Source of the DNA: Candidatus Omnitrophota bacterium
Lineage (GTDB): Bacteria; Omnitrophota; Gorgyraeia; Ghiorseimicrobiales; Ghiorseimicrobiaceae
Assembly (NCBI GenBank): GCA_030681595.1
Contig: JAUXSB010000008.1
Span: 89,587 to 153,586 of the forward strand
Length of the DNA: 64,000 nucleotides
Reading direction: 5' to 3'
Shown: positions 56,109 through 64,000 of the stretch, piece by piece
Numbering within the stretch: the stretch's first letter is position 1
Layout: every line of letters begins with the position of its first letter
Position numbers and translations under genes: made by a program
Notes under the pieces: generated by a model
The model's database searches: none
What the model was told of the DNA's origin: nothing
The model's input: the letters and a program-made list of their open reading frames with translations, nothing else

Positions 56109-57509
56109 ATGGCTGATGTAGTCCTTATTAACCCGGCATATAACAATATTATTTATTCGGAAGCAAAAATCAAGGCGGGTGTTCCGGTTAATCCGTTGCT
56201 TAATCTGGCGCTTTTAGCGGCAGAGCCGGTTAAGGCCGGCATTGCGACAGAAATATGGGATTTGAATTTAGTCCCGGATCCTGACGACTTTGTCAAGCGA
56301 GAGATTCAGGCAAAAAAACCGAAGCTGGTGGGGATTACTTTTACGACGCCTCTTTTTGCGGAATCGGTTAGATTGGCCGGTATCATTAAGGCGATAGACA
56401 AAACAATAGTTTTGGTTGCCGGCGGGCCGCATGCCACAACGTTTCCCGAAGATGTACTTAAAAATTCATCTTTTGATGTGGTGGCGGTAGGGGAAGCGGA
56501 TTTTATAATAACCAAGCTTTTAAATTTGCCTTTTAAGGAGATAGAGGGGATTGTTTTTAAAGAGGGCAGTGAAATAGTAGGTACACCCGAGGCCGCGAGA
56601 ATGGATAATTTGGATAACCTCCCGTTTCCGGCTTGGCATCTTTATGACTTAAATAAGTATAATAGGTCATCGCTGTCCAATAAGGCTAGCCCTCCCGGTT
56701 ATTTAGAGACGAGCCGCGGTTGCCCATGGGGATGCGTATTCTGTAATAAAAATATTCAAGGTACAAAGTTTAGGCCGAAGTCGGCAAAACGAGTGGTTGA
56801 CGAAATAGAATTTATGTTAAAAGCAGGGTTTAGGGAGATAAATTTTCTTGATGATACATTCTCTACCGATTTAAATAGGGCAAAATTAATCTGCGAAGAA
56901 ATCATCAGGCGCGGCCTTAAATTTCCCTGGCATCCCTTAAATGGCATGAGGGTGGATAGGGTTGACAGCGAGCTCTTTTCATTGATGAAACGCAGCGGCT
57001 GTTATAAAGTTTCTTTTGGCATCGAGTCTGGTAACCAGGAGATATTAGATAGGATTAATAAGGGCATAAAGCTTGAGCAAGTTATCCGAGCGGTTAAATT
57101 GGCCAAGAAAGAGGGATTTGAGACATTTGGTTATTTTATGTTGGGGCTGCCGGGGGAGACCGAAAGCACAATGAAGGAAACGGTCAGGTTTGCTAAAAAA
57201 CTCAAACTTGATATGGCAAAGTTTAATATTACTATTCCGCTGCCGGGAACGGAAATTTTCAAAGAATGGGACGAAAAAGGCTGTATTAAGACTAAAGACT
57301 GGGCGAAATATAATTTTTATGCTCCATATGAAGCAATTTATGAACACCCTACAGTGCCACATAGCATTTTAAACAAGTCTTATAGAAACGCATATTTAGC
57401 TTTTTATTTTGACCCCTCATTTTTATTGCGCAGGTTTTTCGGAGGCATAAAAAGGGGAGTTTTGTTAAGAGATATTAAATTATTTTTTAAAACCAGTTGG
57501 TTTAATTAG
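56109..57509 (+). CDS. class B (B12-binding domain) radical SAM protein, cassette 2
   Basis: TSRGCPWGCVFC. Co-linear similarity to 49948 and 62353. Confidence 0.75.
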   Translation: MADVVLINPAYNNIIYSEAKIKAGVPVNPLLNLALLAAEPVKAGIATEIWDLNLVPDPDDFVKREIQAKKPKLVGITFTTPLFAESVRLAGIIKAIDKTIVLVAGGPHATTFPEDVLKNSSFDVVAVGEADFIITKLLNLPFKEIEGIVFKEGSEIVGTPEAARMDNLDNLPFPAWHLYDLNKYNRSSLSNKASPPGYLETSRGCPWGCVFCNKNIQGTKFRPKSAKRVVDEIEFMLKAGFREINFLDDTFSTDLNRAKLICEEIIRRGLKFPWHPLNGMRVDRVDSELFSLMKRSGCYKVSFGIESGNQEILDRINKGIKLEQVIRAVKLAKKEGFETFGYFMLGLPGETESTMKETVRFAKKLKLDMAKFNITIPLPGTEIFKEWDEKGCIKTKDWAKYNFYAPYEAIYEHPTVPHSILNKSYRNAYLAFYFDPSFLLRRFFGGIKRGVLLRDIKLFFKTSWFN

Positions 57510-57519
57510 CGGGTTTATC

Positions 57520-58254
57520 ATGAAACTATCATTAGTAATTCCAGCGCATAATGAAGAAACCTCTATTGGACGGGGCATCGAAGAATTGATAATTGAGCTG
57601 TCCAAAGAAGAAATCAGCTATGAGGTAATCGTGGTAAACGATAACAGCAGGGATAATACTCGTAAGGTTATTGAAGAACTGTCAAAAAAATATCCGGGAA
57701 TAAAGCTGATTAACCGTAATCCACCGAATGGTTTTGGCCGCGCCATAAGAGAGGGGCTAAACAATGTTACCGGAGACGTAGTGGGTATTGTGATGGGCGA
57801 TTTATCGGATGAGCCGAAAGATGTGGTCAGGTGTTTTCGCAAAATTCAGGAAGGTTACGATTGCGTATTTGGTTCCCGTTTTATGCGGGGCTCGAAAGTC
57901 AAAGATTATCCGTTAATTAAGCTCGTCATCAATCGTATCGCTAATCTGTTTATCCAAATCATGTTTCTTACCAAGGCCAATGATATCACCAACGCGTTTA
58001 AATTTTACAAGGCAGGCGTCATTAAGGCGGTTATGCCGCTGCAGTCGTTATATTTTAATATTACTGTTGAAATCCCGTTGAAGGCGATGGTGCGTGGTTT
58101 TTCCTACGTTCAAATACCGATTAATTGGTATGGCAGGGAAAGCGGCGTATCAAAATTAAGCGTAAGGCAAATGGGCAGGAAGTATCTTTTTATGGTCTTG
58201 TATGTTTGGCTGGAAAAGATGCTCTTGGCCGATGAAATAAACAGGCAAAAATGA
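57520..58254 (+). CDS. GT2 polyprenyl-phosphate sugar synthase (DPM1/ArnC-like), cassette 2
   Basis: SLVIPAHNEE and IVVNDNSRDNT. Stop overlaps the next ATG (ATGA). Confidence 0.72.
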   Translation: MKLSLVIPAHNEETSIGRGIEELIIELSKEEISYEVIVVNDNSRDNTRKVIEELSKKYPGIKLINRNPPNGFGRAIREGLNNVTGDVVGIVMGDLSDEPKDVVRCFRKIQEGYDCVFGSRFMRGSKVKDYPLIKLVINRIANLFIQIMFLTKANDITNAFKFYKAGVIKAVMPLQSLYFNITVEIPLKAMVRGFSYVQIPINWYGRESGVSKLSVRQMGRKYLFMVLYVWLEKMLLADEINRQK

Positions 58255-59795
58255 TTAAGATAAATAATATAAAAGCGAATTATTTTTTGCTGATTTTTTT
58301 AGCAGCAGTATCACTCAGGTCGGTAAATTTAACCCAGCCGTTACTGGAAGGGGCAGCGACACGTCAGGTTGAGAATGCGATGATCGCCCGTAATTTTTAT
58401 CAGGATAAGCTGGATATTTTTTATCCCTACCTTAATGATTTCGGGAAAGACCCAGCCTATCAAATGATTGAATTTCAGCTGATCCCGTTTTTAGGGGCCA
58501 TAATTTATCGCCTGCTGGGAGGGGTTTATGAGCCTGTTTTAAGGTGCATCATAATATTTTTCTTTGGATTAAGCACGGTATTCCTTTACAAGCTTCTAAA
58601 GTACTATTTCGATAGAACTTTAGCCCTTTGCGCGGTATTTGTTTTTTCTTTCAGCCCGATCAGCATTTACCTGGGTAGGGCTTTTCATTATGAAATGCCG
58701 ATGTTATTTTTTATTTTAGCGTCCCTTTATTATTTTTCTTTATGGATGGATCGTAAAAAGCGTATTTATTTATTTATTTCCGCTCTTTGCTGCAGCGTAG
58801 CATTATTATTAAAGGTAATAAATTTTTATGTGATATTTATTCTGTTATTCTTGGCGGCAGAAAAATTTAGAGGAAAAATATTTAAGAAATTAGATTTATA
58901 TATTTTTGCGGGGATAGTTTTTCTTTTTGTTGTCCCTTGGTATATGCATGCGCGCAGCGTTATGGTTAGATATCCGAATATGTATTCATTTTATTATAAT
59001 GACACTTTTGGTTTTATGTGGAAGATGATGAAGTTTTGGTTATCCAACCCGTTATTTTATAAAATAAATTTTGACAATCTGGTTACTTATACGCTTACGC
59101 CGTTAGGGTTTGGCCTGGCAATTGCCGGATTTTTTATGAAATCCGAAAACAGGAACGACCGGTTGATCTATGCTTGGTTATTGAGTGCCTGTATTTTATT
59201 TATCGCGGCCCCCGCGGAGGCAACACAAGGTTATTACCAAATTCACTTCCTCGTTCCCTGCAGCTTATTGATTGGGAAAGCGCTGACAAAATTAATAAAG
59301 TTAAATTTTTTTGGCAAAACTACCTTTGACAGAAAGTTATTTATTTGTGCTCTTTTACTAATTGTATTTGTTGTGGTAACCCGGTACTCTATCGGCCTTT
59401 ATCGGGTACCGGAAAGCCTGGGCAATGTTGTTAAAACCGGTAAAGTTGTGCAGTCCCTGACGAAAAATGAAGATTTGCTTATTGCTTCCGCGGGCAATAG
59501 CGCTGAGCTATTGTATTATTCTAACCGCAGTGGTTGGCCTTTTATGATAGATTTGGAGGCAAAGCGCCAGCAAGATAAGACCGACGGAACGGATGTTTCT
59601 AGGAAAATTTATGACCCGATTGAGGTTTTAGAGCGCCTAAGAAAAGAAGGGGCGGGTTATTTTGTCAGCGCGTCTAAGGAGAATGAATTTTTAAAGAACA
59701 AAATATTTTCCGAATACATGTTTGCGAATTACAAACTAATAAGGGAAACTCCGGATTATATCATTTTTGATCTGAGGGGTAAGGAAAAAAGATAA
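58251..59795 (+). CDS. GT-C-fold membrane glycosyltransferase (ArnT/PMT-like), cassette 2a
   Basis: About 12 TM segments and a C-terminal periplasmic-type domain. Confidence 0.42.
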   Translation: MIKINNIKANYFLLIFLAAVSLRSVNLTQPLLEGAATRQVENAMIARNFYQDKLDIFYPYLNDFGKDPAYQMIEFQLIPFLGAIIYRLLGGVYEPVLRCIIIFFFGLSTVFLYKLLKYYFDRTLALCAVFVFSFSPISIYLGRAFHYEMPMLFFILASLYYFSLWMDRKKRIYLFISALCCSVALLLKVINFYVIFILLFLAAEKFRGKIFKKLDLYIFAGIVFLFVVPWYMHARSVMVRYPNMYSFYYNDTFGFMWKMMKFWLSNPLFYKINFDNLVTYTLTPLGFGLAIAGFFMKSENRNDRLIYAWLLSACILFIAAPAEATQGYYQIHFLVPCSLLIGKALTKLIKLNFFGKTTFDRKLFICALLLIVFVVVTRYSIGLYRVPESLGNVVKTGKVVQSLTKNEDLLIASAGNSAELLYYSNRSGWPFMIDLEAKRQQDKTDGTDVSRKIYDPIEVLERLRKEGAGYFVSASKENEFLKNKIFSEYMFANYKLIRETPDYIIFDLRGKEKR

Positions 59796-59836
59796 CTAGC
59801 GCTATTAGGCATAGCAAGAAAGATAAAAAGGGCAAA

Positions 59837-61354
59837 ATGGGATTTAAGGGGAAAACATTGTTTTTTATAATTTTATTTATTGCTATTTCTTTGCGGCTCG
59901 TTAACTTGGATAAGGGGTATAGTTCAGATGAGGGCTGGCTTCTTAGGGCATCGGAAGTGAAGAGAAGCGAACTCATTCCTTTTTTAAGCAAGGGGCGGAG
60001 CGTCTATCCGCCGCTTTCGCCGTTTTTGTTAGGCCTCTGGCGTAATTTTAGCAATAATGAGATTTGGGTGCGAAGTTATTTCGTAAGTTTTGGTATCGCG
60101 TTATGCCTGCTTATTTATTTTTTAGGAAAAATTCTTAATGGCGCTAAATTTGGTTTATTGGTTTTTTTTATCGCGGCTGTTTCGCCTTTATTGATATGGG
60201 CTTCGCAGTTTATAAGAAGCTACGCGGATTCATCGTTTTGGGTTGTGCTTTCGGCGTTTTTTTTGGTAAAGCTGCTCAAGGATGGGTTTAGGTTTAACAA
60301 TATTTTGGGATATATCTTAGCCTCAACTGTTTCGCTTTATTCGTCGTATCTTAATATTATTATTTTATTTGCCTATAACCTGGCGGTAGCCGCGTTGTAT
60401 TTTCATAGAGGCATTAATTTCTTAAGGAAATGGTTTTATTTACAGCTTGTAATAGGGCTAATGTTTTTGCCATGCCTATCTTTACTTCTTAAGCAGTCTG
60501 CCTTGGCAACAGCCATTGATGTGAAATGGGGGGAGCGCGGATTCAATATCCTCGGCATAAATATAGGCTATTACGCGCGCGGCGTTGCCGCTCTTTTCGG
60601 GATGGACCCGGCTTTTTTAGCGCTTACGTCATTTAGGGATAAGTATAGTTTATGGCTTTTGTGCGCTTTAGCGGTATTAGCTTTCTCGATTATGATTTAT
60701 TTTTCTCTTAAAGGAATAAGTAACCTCTGTAAAATTTTCCAGGAAAAAAGAGTACCGCTATTTTTTCCTGCCACATCAATTCTCTCTCTATTGGTTTATC
60801 TTATCTTGGTCGAAGTAAAGCATTTTCCGTTACAGCCGGAATATCTTATCACGCCGCATATTTTATTTTTATTTGTCATTGCGGCAGCGCTATATTCTTC
60901 CAAAAATTCATCCAAAATAAACTATGTTGTATTGGGTGTTGTGTCTTTGGCTATGTCACTGAGGTTTAGTGAAGCGGTTAAGCCCGAATTTGATACTAAA
61001 AAATCTTCTATCTATTTATCTAAAAATGCAAAGCCCCAAGATTGTATTTTACTAATCAGAAATACTAATCATTACATAACGCCTGATAAATTTAGGCTAG
61101 TTAGCATGAGTAGCCTTTTAAATAAGAATAGCGATGCGGATATGTATGAGCCGCTTAGTGAACCCGCCCAAGATTTTCTTCTGAGTATTAAAGCGCAATA
61201 TGAAGATATCTGGTTTTACCGTTTGTACGGCAATGATGAAATATTAGGCGCTAATAAACTGATAATTGATTGGCTTTCTGTAAATGGTTATGCGATTGAT
61301 GGGATAGAGAAGTTAAGAAGGGTGGATATAATAAAATACACAAGGGAAGATTAA
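59837..61354 (+). CDS. GT-C-fold membrane glycosyltransferase (ArnT/PMT-like), cassette 2b
   Basis: First-loop SSDEGW (DE motif) and about 12 TM segments. Confidence 0.42.
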   Translation: MGFKGKTLFFIILFIAISLRLVNLDKGYSSDEGWLLRASEVKRSELIPFLSKGRSVYPPLSPFLLGLWRNFSNNEIWVRSYFVSFGIALCLLIYFLGKILNGAKFGLLVFFIAAVSPLLIWASQFIRSYADSSFWVVLSAFFLVKLLKDGFRFNNILGYILASTVSLYSSYLNIIILFAYNLAVAALYFHRGINFLRKWFYLQLVIGLMFLPCLSLLLKQSALATAIDVKWGERGFNILGINIGYYARGVAALFGMDPAFLALTSFRDKYSLWLLCALAVLAFSIMIYFSLKGISNLCKIFQEKRVPLFFPATSILSLLVYLILVEVKHFPLQPEYLITPHILFLFVIAAALYSSKNSSKINYVVLGVVSLAMSLRFSEAVKPEFDTKKSSIYLSKNAKPQDCILLIRNTNHYITPDKFRLVSMSSLLNKNSDADMYEPLSEPAQDFLLSIKAQYEDIWFYRLYGNDEILGANKLIIDWLSVNGYAIDGIEKLRRVDIIKYTRED

Positions 61355-61358
61355 AATT

Positions 61359-62345
61359 ATGAAAAAAGTATTAATAACAGGAGTGGCAGGTTTTGTTGGT
61401 TCAAATTTAGCAAAGGAACTATTGGATAGGGGCTATGAAGTTATCGGAATTGATAACTATTCTCAGGGGTTTAAGAGAAATATACAGGATTTATTTGCTA
61501 ATCAGGCTTTTAAATTTTACGAAGGGGATGTATGCGATAAAGATTTTTGCGATAGGCTCATAGGCGATGTGGGGGGAGTCTTTCATCTGGCGGCTTTTAA
61601 AATACCGCGTTACGGCGGCGCCTTAGATACATTGCATATAAACACAAGAGGAACAGAAAATATTTTAGAGGGAGCACGGAAAACTAAATGCAAGGTTGTT
61701 TTTGCTTCAACTTCCGATATTTATGGCAAAAACCCGGATATCCCGTTTAATGAGGGCTCTGACCTGGTCTTGGGGCAGACCAATATTAAGCGTTGGAGTT
61801 ACGCCGTTTCTAAAATATTTGATGAGCACTTATGTTATGCTTATCAGGAAAAATATGGGTTGCCTGTAACGATTGTTCGTTATTTTGGCGGCTACGGGCC
61901 GAATCAGAATATAACCTGGCGCGGCGGGCCGCAATCGGTTTTTATCGAATGCGCTTTAGGCAAAAAACCAATCCCTATTCACGGAAATGGAAAGCAAAGA
62001 AGAAGTTTTACTTATATTTCTGATATTATCAATGGTACAATTTTGGCTATGGAAAGGGATAAAACCATAGGCGAAGCATTTAATATCGGCAATGATAGGG
62101 AAATCGAAATAATAGAGTTGGCGAAAATGATTTGGCGCATGGTTAACCCGGATGGGGAGCCGCGGATAGAATTTATCGAATACGGCAGCTTTTCGGGAAA
62201 ATATGAAGATGTCCAGCGCCGTATACCGGATATAACTAAATCAAAACAATTATTAGGGTTTGAGGCCAGTGTTGAGTTGGAAGAAGGCCTTCCGTTGGCA
62301 ATCGATTGGCAAAAGCGGATCCCAAGCGAAGAGAAGGGTAGTTGA
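61359..62345 (+). CDS. NAD-dependent nucleotide-sugar epimerase/dehydratase (UXS/ArnA-decarboxylase-like SDR)
   Basis: TGVAGFVGSN, YAVSKI (YxxxK), VRYFGGYGPNQ. Confidence 0.72.
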   Translation: MKKVLITGVAGFVGSNLAKELLDRGYEVIGIDNYSQGFKRNIQDLFANQAFKFYEGDVCDKDFCDRLIGDVGGVFHLAAFKIPRYGGALDTLHINTRGTENILEGARKTKCKVVFASTSDIYGKNPDIPFNEGSDLVLGQTNIKRWSYAVSKIFDEHLCYAYQEKYGLPVTIVRYFGGYGPNQNITWRGGPQSVFIECALGKKPIPIHGNGKQRRSFTYISDIINGTILAMERDKTIGEAFNIGNDREIEIIELAKMIWRMVNPDGEPRIEFIEYGSFSGKYEDVQRRIPDITKSKQLLGFEASVELEEGLPLAIDWQKRIPSEEKGS

Positions 62346-62352
62346 TACGATT

Positions 62353-63768
62353 ATGGTAGATATTGTATTAGTTTATCCTCCTGTTTCTTTAGGCGGCAGG
62401 TATAAGAAAGTAGCCACAGGCCATGAGGTGGCCCCTCAGCCGCTAATTTACCTCGCGGCTTACTTACGCGAAAATAATTTTAAGCCTCAGATTATAGATT
62501 CAAACGCCTTAGGTTTGAACCATGAAGAAACGGTAAAAAAGATACTTAGCTATAATCCCCGCTATGTGGGGATAACTTCCCCGACTATGCTTATATCAGC
62601 CGCCGCTAAATTATCGCAAATGATAAAATGCCTAAATCCCGGCGTTGTTACGATAGTAGGCGGGCCGCATATCACAGCCGTTCCCGATGAGACAATGAAA
62701 ATGTATCCCGATATTGACATCGGTGTTCTTGGGGAGGGGGAGATTACGTTAGTGGAGTTGATCAATACATTAGATAAGAGGGCCGATATCGGTAAAGTTG
62801 ACGGGATAATTTTTAGGGATGGCGCGGAATTAAAAAAAACAGCCCAAAGGGAATTTATAAAAGATATAGATATTTTGCCTTTTCCGGCATGGGATATGTT
62901 GCCGGATCTCTTGGCGCATTATCAGCAGTCAGCCGCCAGAATAAACCGGATACCGAATATTTCTCTTGTTTCATCGCGCGGCTGCCCGTTTAAATGTATA
63001 TTTTGTGCCAGGAATGTATTTGGCAATACTACAAGGACGCACAGCGCGGGCTATGTCATCAATGAAATAAAGTATTTAATAAATAAATATAAAATTAAGA
63101 GTGCAAGCTTTGAGGATGAGAATTTTGTTGTTTATCGCAGCCGGCTGATAGAGTTTTGTAACCGCGTTATAGAAGAAAAAATCGATATAACTTGGGATTG
63201 CGCCTCCAACATAAATGCTATAAATCCGGAAATTTTATCTTTAATGAAAAAAGCTGGCTGCTGGCAGATTAATTACGGAATAGAGAGCGGATCGCAAAGA
63301 ATTTTAGATTTTATCAAAAAAGATATACGGCTAGAAAAAGTCAACGAAGCGCTTAAAATGACGAAGAACGCCGGCATAGTTACAAAGGGGTATTTTATCA
63401 TCGGCCATCCCACAGAAACACTCGAATCTATCCAGGAAACAATAGATTTCATAAAGAAAATAGATTTGGATGTATTCCAGATGTCTTTTATGATACCCCT
63501 GCCGGGTACGGAATTTTATTCTATCGCCAGCCGGTATGGGGAATTTAATAATGATTGGGATAACATGAATATCTGGACGCCGCTTTTTATACCCAGCGGA
63601 TTGACTCGGGCGGATCTGGAAAAAGAGTCGAAGAGGGCATACAGGGAATTTTATTTTCGAAGGGCGCCTATTGCGACATATTTAAAGCGTATGGCAAGAA
63701 GCACAAATTTCTTTAAATTTTTTAAGGACGGGTTTAAAATATTAAAATTTATCCTCGAGAATGACTGA
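62353..63768 (+). CDS. class B (B12-binding domain) radical SAM protein, cassette 3
   Basis: SSRGCPFKCIFC. Track ORF begins at 62260 and overlaps the upstream gene; ATG 62353 (MVDIVLVYPP) matches the paralog N-termini. Confidence 0.7.
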   Translation: MVDIVLVYPPVSLGGRYKKVATGHEVAPQPLIYLAAYLRENNFKPQIIDSNALGLNHEETVKKILSYNPRYVGITSPTMLISAAAKLSQMIKCLNPGVVTIVGGPHITAVPDETMKMYPDIDIGVLGEGEITLVELINTLDKRADIGKVDGIIFRDGAELKKTAQREFIKDIDILPFPAWDMLPDLLAHYQQSAARINRIPNISLVSSRGCPFKCIFCARNVFGNTTRTHSAGYVINEIKYLINKYKIKSASFEDENFVVYRSRLIEFCNRVIEEKIDITWDCASNINAINPEILSLMKKAGCWQINYGIESGSQRILDFIKKDIRLEKVNEALKMTKNAGIVTKGYFIIGHPTETLESIQETIDFIKKIDLDVFQMSFMIPLPGTEFYSIASRYGEFNNDWDNMNIWTPLFIPSGLTRADLEKESKRAYREFYFRRAPIATYLKRMARSTNFFKFFKDGFKILKFILEND

Positions 63769-64000
63769 TGATTATATTCATTGTACCGGTTTATAACGAA
63801 GCTCAGAATATTGTAAATTTACTTGCCAGGACCCATGGAGAGATGGCGCACAATGGTTTGCCGTATAAGATGATAGTTGTAAATGACGGTAGCACGGACG
63901 GGACCGAAAAAAAGGTTGAATCTTTAATGGGCAAGTTTAATATTGAAATTTGCAGCCATTACCCAAATAAAGGGGTCGGCGAAGCTTTTCGCGTTGGATT
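63768..64000 (+). CDS. GT2 polyprenyl-phosphate sugar synthase (DPM1-like), cassette 3, 3' partial
   Basis: MIIFIVPVYNEAQNI...MIVVNDGSTDGT. ATG overlaps the rSAM stop (TGATG). Runs off the window end. Confidence 0.6.
   Translation, partial: MIIFIVPVYNEAQNIVNLLARTHGEMAHNGLPYKMIVVNDGSTDGTEKKVESLMGKFNIEICSHYPNKGVGEAFRVG

Noticed and set aside
1-64000. CRISPR arrays, rRNA genes, integrases/transposases
   Set aside because: No regularly spaced direct repeats, no rRNA-like conserved blocks, and no recombinase or transposase-like ORFs were seen on either strand.

Overview
This 64-kb window comes from a low-GC (about 40%) bacterium with a Gram-negative-type envelope, shown by two LptF/LptG permease genes. 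It is probably an uncultivated lineage. Housekeeping genes are recognisable, but many glycan-cluster proteins carry unusual domain fusions. No CRISPR array, rRNA or transposase was seen.

Positions 1-26 kb are mostly housekeeping and regulatory genes:
- Housekeeping genes tsaB (5' partial), alr, pyrE, maf, mtnA, thiL, serS and archease-rtcB.
- Three tRNAs: Arg-TCG, Lys-CTT and Ser-TGA.
- A partner-switching module made of a STAS antagonist, an anti-sigma-factor kinase and a second STAS antagonist.
- Three PilZ c-di-GMP receptor genes.
- A Pif1/RecD-like helicase, a cold-shock gene with a long 5'UTR, and an RRM protein.
- A CPA2 cation/proton antiporter fused to an EIIA(Ntr) domain, a standalone Cas4-like nuclease and a GemA-like gene.
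- A GIDE-like EF-hand membrane protein next to LemA.

From 26.4 kb to the window end lies a roughly 37-kb cell-surface glycan super-locus with every gene on the + strand. Its branches are:
- UDP-GlcA, a UDP-GlcNAcA branch resembling Wbp-type 2,3-diacetamido-uronic-acid synthesis, and UDP-xylose.
- A phosphonate branch: a PEP mutase carrying the EDK-x5-NS motif, fused to a nucleotidyltransferase, followed by a split phosphonopyruvate decarboxylase.
- A nonulosonic-acid branch with a CMP-sugar-synthetase/NeuB fusion.
- Single copies of a LarA-like protein, a SPASM radical SAM enzyme, a CDP-alcohol phosphotransferase and a TagF-like transferase.
- Three tandem paralogous cassettes of [B12-binding radical SAM + DPM1/ArnC-like GT2 + GT-C membrane transferase].

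Other notable elements:
- A recent segmental duplication that flanks an SGNH hydrolase and leaves a truncated CDP-alcohol phosphatidyltransferase remnant.
- A MITE-like inverted repeat.
- A (CCAA)n microsatellite.
- Direct repeats flanking an S4-domain gene.
- Several sigma70-like promoters placed so that genes would be leaderless.
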